Virus record (IMG/VR): IMGVR_UViG_3300011242_000002
Location: 32,001 to 96,000 of that record
Direction: 5' to 3' (one strand)
Source of the DNA: a virus
Taxonomy: Duplodnaviria; Caudoviricetes
DNA length: 64,000 nucleotides
The position numbers and the translations under genes are program-made. Each line of letters starts with the position of its first letter. The first letter of the stretch is position 1. The notes under the pieces are model-generated. The model made no database searches. It was not told the DNA's origin and worked only from the letters and a program-made list of their open reading frames with translations. This document shows positions 19,483-28,854 of this stretch, in pieces.

Positions 19483-21240
19483 ATGTCAGACCACGTAATT
19501 GATTTACTGAACGATGACGAAGTAGAATTAAAATCCCAGGTCATCTATTCACCGAAAATCCTGACATCGGTGATAGTATCCTGGACCAGTCATGCGTTCC
19601 AACGCATTAACCACTACACGATCGATTTTAACCGTTACATGTCGGCTATCTGGCAGACTCATCCAGACGGCTACCGTTACATCAAGGTGCGTGACATTGA
19701 AATCAAGCAACGCATCAATAAAGACGACTATCTCCATGGTCGTATCACCTTAGACATGGTGTATCGTGATGGTGCATTCACTATCAACGAAGCGTTGTTT
19801 ACGGGTGCGTATTTCTCCAATGCCGATCCGATGCTCATGGTTGATTACGAAGGTATCCGTGATGAGATCATTGAGTCTATCGTTGTGGATAATACCCACG
19901 TGCTGGCAACCGGGCTCAAATCACCCGAACCTAAGACTCCGTCTAAAGAGACACCTGACATTCTCAAGACGGTTTTGGCTTATGGTCCTGCGGGCTACAA
20001 GGATAAAGGTTCGTGCCTTCAGATCTTCCACGTTCCACCGCATCGCGGTATTGTACGTGGTGTTAACGATGGCTCGTCTGTACTGGAGTTGGAGAACGTT
20101 CGTTTAGAAACCCCTTATCCACCGGATGAAGAGTACAACCAGCGTAAACTGGAAATCGGCGTAACCGGGACGATCACCTTTGTTAACGGTGAGGCGGTGT
20201 TGCCAGAAATAAAACTGGTTAACCCATACATTCTGGTGCTTAAAGATGGTGAGTGGAAGCGTTCTGAAAAGCGTGCTGAATTCATCGGGTACGTAACGAA
20301 CCTGATCTTTGATAAAGAACGCGAAATCGTGTTAGACGCACCGGCTAACTACGAACTCCATCCGTACGTCTGGCTGGAAGGGATGAACCACCACCCTGAA
20401 CACATGGGTCACTGGGTACCATTCAATGGCTGGCGTATGAAAGACCGTTACGACCTGCAGTTGAAGAACGGGGAGATTCACAAGTACTATTACCCTAATG
20501 CGTGTGCGTGGTCCAAGTTCGGTGAACACGATGGTCCGAGTCGTGTGACTGACGACGAAGTAGCAATGATTCGTCAGGTGCCGGATGAGGAATGTACTGA
20601 AAAGTATTTCTTCAGTGGTCAGGAACGTATCAAGCGTAATCTGCAGAGCTTCGGTGATGCAGTACCTGATGTTTACGTACTGCCTGACGGGTCTGTGCAG
20701 TTCAAGATTCGTCATCGTCGTATGTTTGCGGACAGCCAGATCGTTGCCGATGTTTCACCACAGGACTTCTTCAACCACACCTCGACGATCTTAGGTCACG
20801 GTGACTTTACGTTGACTGAAGTAATGCACGTGCCGTTCCGTGTTGACGAACCGTTGTTTAAAGCAGCAATTCGCTATCTGAAAGGTCAGCTGGTAAACAA
20901 GCAGTACTCGGGCTTCAGTCTGGTCGAAGATGCACGTCATGGTTACATCGGTTCGCTCAACGGTAGCAGCTACGCCGATAGTGAAGTCGACTGGGTAATT
21001 CGCCAGCTGATTCCCATTGCGCAGGCACTGCCCGAGAAGCCGGAGGAGAAGGGTCCGTATATCGTCGATCCGTTCCGTACGGGTCAGGGTATCTCGCCCA
21101 ATCAGAAACCGAACAAGAACGGGCGTGTCTATCAGTTCCCGGGTCAGCCGAAGAAGCCGAAGAATAACAAGGCGCTGAAGAAGGCGGCGAAGAAAGAACG
21201 CACTCGTGCACTTAAGGAGGCGAAAGGTGATAAAGCTTAA
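19483..21240 (+). CDS. hypothetical protein with Lys-rich C-terminal tail
   Basis: 585-aa ORF with TAAGGA SD. Confidence 0.8.
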   Translation: MSDHVIDLLNDDEVELKSQVIYSPKILTSVIVSWTSHAFQRINHYTIDFNRYMSAIWQTHPDGYRYIKVRDIEIKQRINKDDYLHGRITLDMVYRDGAFTINEALFTGAYFSNADPMLMVDYEGIRDEIIESIVVDNTHVLATGLKSPEPKTPSKETPDILKTVLAYGPAGYKDKGSCLQIFHVPPHRGIVRGVNDGSSVLELENVRLETPYPPDEEYNQRKLEIGVTGTITFVNGEAVLPEIKLVNPYILVLKDGEWKRSEKRAEFIGYVTNLIFDKEREIVLDAPANYELHPYVWLEGMNHHPEHMGHWVPFNGWRMKDRYDLQLKNGEIHKYYYPNACAWSKFGEHDGPSRVTDDEVAMIRQVPDEECTEKYFFSGQERIKRNLQSFGDAVPDVYVLPDGSVQFKIRHRRMFADSQIVADVSPQDFFNHTSTILGHGDFTLTEVMHVPFRVDEPLFKAAIRYLKGQLVNKQYSGFSLVEDARHGYIGSLNGSSYADSEVDWVIRQLIPIAQALPEKPEEKGPYIVDPFRTGQGISPNQKPNKNGRVYQFPGQPKKPKNNKALKKAAKKERTRALKEAKGDKA

Positions 21241-21658
21241 ACCCTGTCCGCTGTGCGCGTCAAAGGCCAAAGCGGAACGACATGCGCTGGTCTTCTGGCG
21301 CGTGAAATGCACGCAGTGCATGCTGGTCTTAAAGGACATGCACACTTCAGAAGAATCCGTCAGCCAGGCTTGGAACACGCGCATGACCGAGCAGGACAAG
21401 CGTAATGAAGGGAAGCGCTGGCACCCGAAGGATTATTTCGAAATCGTCAACCTGCGTACCGGTGAAGTGTATGAGCGTTTTCGTGAGTATGAAGGGGAAG
21501 AAGACGAAATAGACGTCGACTATATTGGCACTCTCGTCAAGTACGGGTTTGGCTGGGATCACATCGACTTTGCTAAACGCACGGGCACGGACACCGCGTT
21601 CCATAAAGGGGACACGGTGGAACTCCGTTACTACGAAGAATGTTGGTGGAGGGATTAA
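21227..21658 (+). CDS. Lar-family (restriction alleviation) zinc-ribbon protein with C-terminal extension
   Basis: LKPCPLC...VKCTQC...AWNTR signature; AAGGAGG SD before GTG 21227. Confidence 0.7.
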   Translation: MIKLKPCPLCASKAKAERHALVFWRVKCTQCMLVLKDMHTSEESVSQAWNTRMTEQDKRNEGKRWHPKDYFEIVNLRTGEVYERFREYEGEEDEIDVDYIGTLVKYGFGWDHIDFAKRTGTDTAFHKGDTVELRYYEECWWRD

Positions 21659-21659
21659 C

Positions 21660-22145
21660 ATGGTTGATGTGTCAGCACCCATCCTGGAGGTGGGCAAAGC
21701 GTATCTGATTGGTGAGTCGCAGCGTGGGCTGCTGATCACCAACGATATTGTGTTTACGCCGGTGTTGGGTTTCTTTAACACCGGTCTACTCACCGAATCC
21801 GTGCTTATTCATTCGCACGAGTACAATGACCTGGGACCCTTTCTTAATCGAGTCCATGCGGCACAGGTCCACGTCGGTGACTTCTTAATGACCAGCAGCG
21901 GCGTACGCATTATGCTAGGTCCACGGGCAACAGAGTTGATGCAGAACAAAACGTGGCCAGGAACGGTTACCGGTGTAGTGATGGCCTGTGCTCAAGGCTT
22001 TGCCATGACGGCATTGGGTGGGGCGTCTGAAGTCTTTGAGACCTCCCGCTGGCGTGAGTTGCCCATGATGCACCACTACCAGCTCTGCTGGGTAGATCGT
22101 GAAGGTCATCACCGCGCCTTTACCGACATTGTCGAGGTAAGCTAG
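21660..22145 (+). CDS. hypothetical protein
   Basis: GGAGG SD before ATG 21660. Confidence 0.7.
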   Translation: MVDVSAPILEVGKAYLIGESQRGLLITNDIVFTPVLGFFNTGLLTESVLIHSHEYNDLGPFLNRVHAAQVHVGDFLMTSSGVRIMLGPRATELMQNKTWPGTVTGVVMACAQGFAMTALGGASEVFETSRWRELPMMHHYQLCWVDREGHHRAFTDIVEVS

Positions 22146-22164
22146 CCTACCTATTATTCTATAG

Positions 22165-22376
22165 TAGGTAGTACTCTGTGACAATCAATTGTGAGCGTCA
22201 CACAAAAGTGAGGTGATCAGGGCTTAGCCCGTATCTTCCACGGGGAAGGGTTAGACTCCGGCTGCGGTTGCATAACCGTATGTACAGCTACTCAAGTCGG
22301 CCGGCTTAGGTGGTTGTGCGTCACGCTGTTTTCTACATAACCTACGGCTGGGGGAAACCCCAGCCCTTTTATGCCG
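22165..22376 (+). ncRNA. candidate structured non-coding RNA
   Basis: About 250-nt gap without a credible ORF, with several stems and its own hairpin + TTATGCCG terminator. Confidence 0.4.
22346..22376 (+). terminator. GAAA hairpin + TTTTATGCCG
   Basis: ggctgggg-gaaa-ccccagcc. Confidence 0.75.
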
Positions 22377-22393
22377 CTTTAAGGACAACTTGT

Positions 22394-23032
22394 ATGAAAA
22401 TCATACCAAAAAGAACGCTTGACAAGCTCTTAGAAAAGATCGGTCAAGAGCAATATACGCTGCAGGATGACCCAATGATCGTTCCATGGAACTGGTTAGG
22501 TGATGACTTTATGCAAACCATACGCGGTTGCTACGGCCTCAATCTACCAAAGGAAAACAGAGCAGGTTACTGTCTCTCGCTGAAACAGGGTATTAAACTG
22601 GACTCTGATGGGGAACTGTTCTGGCCACACTTTGTGGGTTTTTACTCAGCGCGTTCTAATTCGGCGTGTGAGTCCGTTGGCATTACCTACGGGTTATATC
22701 TCGAGGGCGAAGAACACCACATGTGGATTGCGCTCAGTGGCTGGGAAATAGGGCGGCTGCGCGGCAGTAAACACAATGCAGGGTTAACGATGGGTACCGT
22801 TGATTATAATCGTCGTGTAGTCTATGGTCACTATCCGGCGATTAAAGAGGCTATCCTTGTGCTGGGTCGGCTGTTAATGGTACGTGAACAAAGCCGTGGT
22901 GATTCTTATCTGGCCTGCTTTGCAACGCATCATCTTTACGATGAGCTGTATGGTACACAGAACAGTGACCCGATCCGCGATATGGATCTCGATACCAACC
23001 GTCCGTTAAACCAACTTGTCTGGGGTAAATAA
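22394..23032 (+). CDS. hypothetical protein
   Basis: TAAGGA SD before ATG 22394. Confidence 0.7.
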   Translation: MKIIPKRTLDKLLEKIGQEQYTLQDDPMIVPWNWLGDDFMQTIRGCYGLNLPKENRAGYCLSLKQGIKLDSDGELFWPHFVGFYSARSNSACESVGITYGLYLEGEEHHMWIALSGWEIGRLRGSKHNAGLTMGTVDYNRRVVYGHYPAIKEAILVLGRLLMVREQSRGDSYLACFATHHLYDELYGTQNSDPIRDMDLDTNRPLNQLVWGK

Positions 23033-23034
23033 CG

Positions 23035-23445
23035 ATGCGCGCATATTCTATTTTGATCAAAGACGCTGACGAGCCAGAAATGGCGGCTATGCTGTTCCAG
23101 TCTGAACATGAAATGGATTTCGACGAAATTAAAACCATTATCGAACGCGTCGTTAACTATGACGACCTGCAAGATAAGTTCTATTACCGCATGGCTGACG
23201 AAGAGACCACCTACAGCATCATTGATGTGATGGGTGTGCCGTTGCCATTGTTCACATACCACAACGTCACCCGTCGAGACTGGCCACGGGCCGTAGCGGA
23301 TGTGATCACCAAGAATGCTATTGGGTATGTAGTGATCAACTTCACGCCAGAAGCGATGGCAATCGCGGTGAAAAACACTGCTGGTATCATGGGGCTGGGT
23401 GACGTGACAGGCCCACTACGTGGTATCCCACACCTGGAGACCTAA
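23035..23445 (+). CDS. hypothetical protein
   Basis: Operon-like spacing. Confidence 0.7.
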   Translation: MRAYSILIKDADEPEMAAMLFQSEHEMDFDEIKTIIERVVNYDDLQDKFYYRMADEETTYSIIDVMGVPLPLFTYHNVTRRDWPRAVADVITKNAIGYVVINFTPEAMAIAVKNTAGIMGLGDVTGPLRGIPHLET

Positions 23446-23548
23446 ATAACCCCGCCGGTTAAAAATGTAAAGATTTACATAATTCAACGATAGTTTGAAT
23501 AGCAGCTGTGACGATTACTTTTGATCTACTTAAGTAAGGACACAAAAT

Positions 23549-24199
23549 ATGACCCACCTTTTACTTGCAGATCTGGAAACGGGCAGCACTGAGAAAGACG
23601 CCGCGGCATTTTCAATTGCTGCAGCACTTGTTCGGCTCGACGATCCTGAGTCTGTTGTTAAGCTGCAGGAAGCCTTTATGAATAATGAAGCGCATCCTGA
23701 TAGCCTGTATTGTAAGTTACACGTTGGTGATCAGTGGTTAGACGGACGACGTCTTGATCCAGCTACGCAGGCTTGGTGGCAGCAAGAGCGTCTGCGTAAA
23801 CCACGCGATGCCCAAAGGGGCGGCACCGGTTCCTTCCGCGATGCGTTAGCGCAATACGTAAAGCTGGTTGAAGAACTGATTGTCCGTCACCAGGCGGTGC
23901 ACGGCGAGTCCAGTAAGATCGTTGTGTACTTTCGTGATCGTCAGTTTGATGACAACATTCTGCAGCATGCTGCAGAGATGTACAACATCAAGCTGCCGTA
24001 TATCCATAACCAACGGCGCGATGTAAGAACCTTTATCGATGCCAAGCTAAACACCACCATCGGGTACATCCCTGACTTCAAACCGTTTCCTGATTTACCG
24101 CGTCATCATGCCATGACTGACGTGCTTCGAGACGCAGCTTCAATGTGTGAAGCTCATCGTCGTTCTTTGGTAAGTGCACACAGCAATACGTCGCCCTAA
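23549..24199 (+). CDS. DEDDh (DnaQ-like) 3'-5' exonuclease
   Basis: ExoI LADLET, ExoII QFDDNIL, RDVRT, ExoIII HHAMTD. Confidence 0.8.
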   Translation: MTHLLLADLETGSTEKDAAAFSIAAALVRLDDPESVVKLQEAFMNNEAHPDSLYCKLHVGDQWLDGRRLDPATQAWWQQERLRKPRDAQRGGTGSFRDALAQYVKLVEELIVRHQAVHGESSKIVVYFRDRQFDDNILQHAAEMYNIKLPYIHNQRRDVRTFIDAKLNTTIGYIPDFKPFPDLPRHHAMTDVLRDAASMCEAHRRSLVSAHSNTSP

Positions 24200-24371
24200 C
24201 CGGCGGCCGTTTTATACCGATCGGACCCGTCAACCGAACGGTTTAGTACCAGCATAAGCACGTGTGTGCGGAACGGCAGGACAGTCAAGACAATGGAAAC
24301 GTCGATGGCGAATACTCGTTCGGACTAGCCACCGAATAGAGTGCAAGTAACTTTGATTCTGGAGGATCATC

Positions 24372-24818
24372 ATGACTAATCTTAACGTTGCGAACTACTG
24401 GGCTGAAGTGAATAACCATGCAGCAGTTGGATCAATGGCGAGCAGTGACGTGACCCAGGTATTCCATCCGTTTACGCTGCAGGTCATTCTGCATGGACTG
24501 CACATTAATGATATCAAACAGCCAGGTGTGACGTTTACCGGTCGCTGCTTAGAATTACCCAACATCAACACTCACCTGTCACCAATCAAGACCTTCATTT
24601 GCCGCTTCGATTTCCAGGGCACGCGGATGATCCAGTCAATGGTGGTCAGCGTCAAAATGGACCTGAGTACCAACCAGGTTTCGGGTGTGCCGCTGTTGGG
24701 CTGGGACGTTCATGGCCATTCCATTGCTGATGCACTGGATCTGCGCCAGGGAATGGAGATTTACGGTTCGTATGGTAATATCAAAGCATGTGCCGACTGG
24801 TTAATGACAGCGGCATAG
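24372..24818 (+). CDS. hypothetical protein (paralogue of the next gene)
   Basis: GGAGG SD; shares motifs with 24876..25328. Confidence 0.75.
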   Translation: MTNLNVANYWAEVNNHAAVGSMASSDVTQVFHPFTLQVILHGLHINDIKQPGVTFTGRCLELPNINTHLSPIKTFICRFDFQGTRMIQSMVVSVKMDLSTNQVSGVPLLGWDVHGHSIADALDLRQGMEIYGSYGNIKACADWLMTAA

Positions 24819-24875
24819 TTTACCAGGTGGCGCTGTGGGGTATGACCCCTAGCGCTGTACCTACCTTTACTCTAA

Positions 24876-25328
24876 ATGGGAATTACACTGATGCTTAAGA
24901 TCTTCAATGAGTGTTTAATCGCAATCAATACCTGCATTAAAAATTTACTCGAAGATGGCCTGCTGACTGTACGTCAGGACTTCGGTAAAACAATCGAACC
25001 CTGGCAGCGCAAAGTGCTGGACGGTGTGGTGGGGGGTAGCGAGGTAACCGAGATTACCGGCTGTCACTTACCGCAGGTTGATATTCACGGCATGCCAACT
25101 GACAGCATGGTCGTGGGAATTCAGTACAAGAAAGATGACCGTCTGGAGTGGGCGTCGGCGTTGGTGGTGTCCAACGCAACGACCCAATGGTCGAACGTCT
25201 CGGTCCTTGACTCGGTCGCGCAAGACGCCGGCAAAGATGAAGACGACAAAGTAATCAGTTTAACTTATGACAACATTGGTGTTGTGGGACGGATGGCCGA
25301 AGAAGCCCTGACCGCAAAAGCCGCATAA
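24876..25328 (+). CDS. hypothetical protein (paralogue of the previous gene)
   Basis: Shares motifs with 24372..24818. Confidence 0.7.
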   Translation: MGITLMLKIFNECLIAINTCIKNLLEDGLLTVRQDFGKTIEPWQRKVLDGVVGGSEVTEITGCHLPQVDIHGMPTDSMVVGIQYKKDDRLEWASALVVSNATTQWSNVSVLDSVAQDAGKDEDDKVISLTYDNIGVVGRMAEEALTAKAA

Positions 25329-25380
25329 TTACAAGACTATAGACAAGAGTTCGCCTGTTTCATTTTTACTCAAGGATTTA

Positions 25381-26535
25381 ATGATGGACAACTACTTACT
25401 GTTGGGGCATCGCCTCCTCAAAGAGGGCCGACGTCGCGGTGATCGTACTGGGACCGGAACCCGCAGCGTGCGCAGCGCCAATCTGGTGTTTGACATGCAA
25501 AAAGGTTTTCCCCTGGTAACCACCAAGAAGGTCAACCTGGAATACGTATTCCATGAGTTGAAGTGGATTCTGCTGGGTCTTTCGGACGTGCAGTTTTTGG
25601 AAGAACGCGGCTGTGGATTCATCTGGCGGGATTGGTCGCTAAGCGAGCCGGTGATCGAAGAGGTGTTGTATGCGAACTGGCAACGACTTGAGCTGCTGCA
25701 AAAAGAGTTCCCAGATGCTTACGCTATCTGGAAAGCCGAAGGTTGGGATAAAAAGCCGCTAGCGGAAGGACATGGGTTTATGACTGCCCAAGGGGTACCA
25801 ACCCATTGGCAGCGTGTGAAGATCCCAGCTGGGGAAACCAATGCCCCGTATGGACCGCGGTGGAGAAACTGGAAAGGGCGGGACGGGAAGACCTACGACC
25901 AGATTGCCTATGTGCTCGATCTCTTACGTACTAACCCGGAGAGTCGTCGCATCCTGATTTCTACCTGGGATCCAGCAGATATGCCCGATGAGTCGATCAG
26001 CCCACAGGCGAACATCCAACAGGGTAAACCTTGTCTAACGCCGTGCCACCATCTGGTTGAATTCTACACTGACCTGATGACGGTTGAAGAGCGCGTCAGC
26101 TGGCTGGCTGAGCGTAATCCGCTGCTGTGGGATAAGTGGGTCAATAATGACGAAGTGGATGCAGAAGGTGCGCTGCTTGCGTTCCTGGATAAGCACAGCG
26201 TACCTGAGCGTTACCTGGATCTGAAGTTCACTATGCGCAGTTCAGATGTCGCAATCGGTCTGCCGTATAACATCGCCAGCTACGGGATGTTGCTAATGAT
26301 GTTTGCGACTACTCTGAACATGGTGCCGCGTGAGCTGGAATACAGCGGTACGAATGTCCATTTGTACGAAAACCATATCGCGGGCTTCACGCAGCAGTTC
26401 AGCCGCGCCCCGCGTACATTACCACAGTTGGAAGTGGTTAACAAGCGTGAGCGCTTGGAAGACTACGAGTGGGAAGATTTCTGCTTAACCGGGTACCAAC
26501 CCCACCCATTCATTAAGTACGACGTCTCGGTCTAA
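25381..26535 (+). CDS. thyA: thymidylate synthase with two insertions
   Basis: DRTGTGT, FPLVTTKK, catalytic PCH, RSSDVAIGLPYNIASY, HLYENH. Confidence 0.95.
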   Translation: MMDNYLLLGHRLLKEGRRRGDRTGTGTRSVRSANLVFDMQKGFPLVTTKKVNLEYVFHELKWILLGLSDVQFLEERGCGFIWRDWSLSEPVIEEVLYANWQRLELLQKEFPDAYAIWKAEGWDKKPLAEGHGFMTAQGVPTHWQRVKIPAGETNAPYGPRWRNWKGRDGKTYDQIAYVLDLLRTNPESRRILISTWDPADMPDESISPQANIQQGKPCLTPCHHLVEFYTDLMTVEERVSWLAERNPLLWDKWVNNDEVDAEGALLAFLDKHSVPERYLDLKFTMRSSDVAIGLPYNIASYGMLLMMFATTLNMVPRELEYSGTNVHLYENHIAGFTQQFSRAPRTLPQLEVVNKRERLEDYEWEDFCLTGYQPHPFIKYDVSV

Positions 26536-26544
26536 CTAATCCAG

Positions 26545-26581
26545 CAAGGGTGTCTGTCCGGCACCCTTGTTTATTTATGCC
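26545..26581 (+). terminator. hairpin + TTATGCC
   Basis: caagggtgtc...ggcacccttg stem. Confidence 0.65.
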
Positions 26582-26601
26582 ACTTAAAAAGGAAAACCCG
26601 T

Positions 26602-27234
26602 ATGAGCGATATCTTACAACCCTCTGTATCCCATATTGTCGATAACCTGCAGGCGCTGGGGCAGGACGCGGTGGGGACGTACCCGTTTGTGTTTCTGTTG
26701 GAAAAAGAGACCACCGATAAACTGATCAAACTGAACACCAACCTTAAGGCACTGGGTCAAGGACCAGTTGACACTAACCGGGTGATGAACGACGCCCTCT
26801 CTCAGGCGCTGGACGGTTTGCTTATTACCCATGTGCACCCCGAAGACCGCGACGACTACTACATCCCGAAACATTTCTTCCACCCGGAAGTGGGTGATTG
26901 GTGGAACGAGCGCTGCAGCAGCTACCTTACCGTGCATGAAGTCTTCAACGATGACGACATGGTAATCCACCTGATGAACAAGCTCGCTGGGTTAGAAGAA
27001 GGGATGTACCGCATCAACCGTAAATGGTTGGCCCGCTTTGTCGCTTATGACGGCCGGGATGTACTGAATAAAGAGCAGGGGGAGTTGACCCGCCGTGATT
27101 TTGTCGCATGGTTGACGCGCGGCTCCAGCCGTAAACCCGAAGTAGAAGAGAAGCGTGCCAGGTGGTATGCCGGGTATAAAGACACGGTTCAAGATATTCG
27201 TCATTTTGATCCTACCTACCCTACCTACAAGTAA
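26602..27234 (+). CDS. hypothetical protein
   Basis: AAGGA SD. Confidence 0.75.
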   Translation: MSDILQPSVSHIVDNLQALGQDAVGTYPFVFLLEKETTDKLIKLNTNLKALGQGPVDTNRVMNDALSQALDGLLITHVHPEDRDDYYIPKHFFHPEVGDWWNERCSSYLTVHEVFNDDDMVIHLMNKLAGLEEGMYRINRKWLARFVAYDGRDVLNKEQGELTRRDFVAWLTRGSSRKPEVEEKRARWYAGYKDTVQDIRHFDPTYPTYK

Positions 27235-27285
27235 CTAAAAATTCTATAGCAGTACCGCAAGAGTGGGCGTCGCACCCCACTCTTT

Positions 27286-27630
27286 TTGATGATCCAATAT
27301 ACCAATACAATCATGACTCCCAGCAGCATTTACGGTGACGTATTGTCACTGATACAGTTTCTTGAAACACACACCGAACTGCCTTGTTCTGCATTGCGCA
27401 TCACCGACAAGGCCAATCGACGACATTTACCCTTAGACGTCCAGGAGGCGATTCTTGAGCTGCAGCATTTGCTCAACGAGTATTTTAATGAGCAGTCTCG
27501 TGTAGATGCATTATTAAAGTATTGCGCTGAGAACCACTGCACAATCAGCTACACCCAGGGGGGTGAAGATACCTGGGGACTGACCACCTTTTTTCTTAAC
27601 CTGAGTAAGGGGAAGATCTGGTTTGGTTGA
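27286..27630 (+). CDS. hypothetical protein
   Basis: ORF overlapping the pnuC-like start; exact start uncertain. Confidence 0.6.
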   Translation: MMIQYTNTIMTPSSIYGDVLSLIQFLETHTELPCSALRITDKANRRHLPLDVQEAILELQHLLNEYFNEQSRVDALLKYCAENHCTISYTQGGEDTWGLTTFFLNLSKGKIWFG

Positions 27631-28310
27631 CTCATGATATGTCTTTGTTACCTGAGGAATGTCTCGTGAGTCGATCTGGTGCCTGGTCTAAACTTGAAGC
27701 AGGTTGGATTCTGGTTGCGTCATTGGTGTTATCGGCCACAGCGTGCTTCTATGCGGATTGGTTCTACTATGTAGCAACCCTTTCTTTTGTATTGCACTTC
27801 ATTCTTCTAGGGCGTGGAAACACCTTGGGATTCCTGTTTGGCGGCGTCGCTGTCTGCTTTTACGGGTTCTATTGTGCACGTCTGGGAATGGCCTTTCACT
27901 TATGGGCGCAAGGACTGTATTTGGTGATCAATCTGATGGGTGCTGCGATCTGGCAGTACCAGTACGCGTTTCGTAAACCGCAACTCACCCAGGATCTGCC
28001 GTACTGGCACGACACCCTGTTAACCCTGGTGTTGGTCTTTGGCACCGGAGTAGTAGCGTATAACCTGATCACCTCGGGTGATTACCAGGAGTCTCTGCGA
28101 CCGTTCACCATTCTCGGTGCCGCGGTGGGGATGATGATGGTAATCTTTGAATTCCGTGAGCGGTGGTGGGTGCTGATCCAGGTCTGCAGCGTGGCTGCGG
28201 TACTGTGGCTGATGCACTTTGTCCAAACCGGTTACGGTATTCAGGGAATGGTGGCGTGGATAGTTTGCTTAATTAGCGTGGTGATTTGCCACTACAGCAG
28301 CAGAACGTAA
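27627..28310 (+). CDS. PnuC-like nicotinamide riboside / vitamin transporter
   Basis: Multiple TM helices; LGRGN.LGFLFG, Q.LY...N..G..IW and R.E.WW patterns typical of PnuC. Confidence 0.7.
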   Translation: MTHDMSLLPEECLVSRSGAWSKLEAGWILVASLVLSATACFYADWFYYVATLSFVLHFILLGRGNTLGFLFGGVAVCFYGFYCARLGMAFHLWAQGLYLVINLMGAAIWQYQYAFRKPQLTQDLPYWHDTLLTLVLVFGTGVVAYNLITSGDYQESLRPFTILGAAVGMMMVIFEFRERWWVLIQVCSVAAVLWLMHFVQTGYGIQGMVAWIVCLISVVICHYSSRT

Positions 28311-28321
28311 TAGTCAACGGT

Positions 28322-28360
28322 GGTTTCCTCCGTGTGGAGGAAACCCCGTCCTTTATGCCG
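28322..28360 (+). terminator. hairpin + TTTATGCCG
   Basis: ggtttcctcc-gtgt-ggaggaaacc. Confidence 0.7.
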
Positions 28361-28383
28361 ATTAATAAACAAAGGAGTATTAC

Positions 28384-28812
28384 ATGCAACAAGCGCTAGT
28401 CTTGTACCGCTGTGGATGGGAAGCCACCCCGCCCAATGAAGACATCTACAGCCATCGCCATCCGCCTATACCGAACATCATGCAGTACTGGCACACGGGT
28501 TCTGGTGGTATGGGGGTTACAGCCTTTGACACCTATGTGGGATTGGTCGTCGCACCGGCTGGAACAGACCCCATCGACATGGTGCGCCTGGAGTTCTTGA
28601 ATGTGGTCGATCGCGGCATGACCACCGTGTATAACCCTACGGCAGAAACCAGCGATCGCTTTAGCATACCCGGGATGGATTGGAACGCACAGCGTCTCGC
28701 GTACTTCCTGGCCACTGGGCAGCTGTATACCGGACCGATTGTGGGTCTGTACGAACTCATGCCCGACACGGTGTGGTGGTGCACAACAAACATCGAGCTT
28801 TTTGACCTATAA
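28384..28812 (+). CDS. hypothetical protein
   Basis: AAGGAG SD. Confidence 0.7.
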   Translation: MQQALVLYRCGWEATPPNEDIYSHRHPPIPNIMQYWHTGSGGMGVTAFDTYVGLVVAPAGTDPIDMVRLEFLNVVDRGMTTVYNPTAETSDRFSIPGMDWNAQRLAYFLATGQLYTGPIVGLYELMPDTVWWCTTNIELFDL

Positions 28813-28813
28813 C

Positions 28814-28844
28814 AAAAAGGGCTGCTTCGGCAGTCTTTTTTTTT
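28814..28844 (+). terminator. intrinsic terminator
   Basis: gggctgc-ttcg-gcagtct followed by a T run. Confidence 0.8.
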
Positions 28845-28854
28845 GTTTCTTTTG

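Noticed and set aside
22187-22202. AATTGTGAGCG-TCACA resembles the lac operator or a CRP site
   Set aside because: Only the left half-site matches; the TGTGA/TCACA spacing is 3 nt (ideal lac operator 4, CRP 6); a post hoc 11-mer match can be chance, and the sequence is explained as part of an RNA stem.
22219-22270. GGGTTAGACTCC resembles a tRNA T-arm
   Set aside because: I could not build an acceptor stem, D-arm or anticodon arm around it. No tRNA is called anywhere in the window.
25381-26535. Intron or intein in thyA
   Set aside because: The frame is uninterrupted, the inserts are short, and there are no intein terminal motifs or homing-endonuclease motifs.
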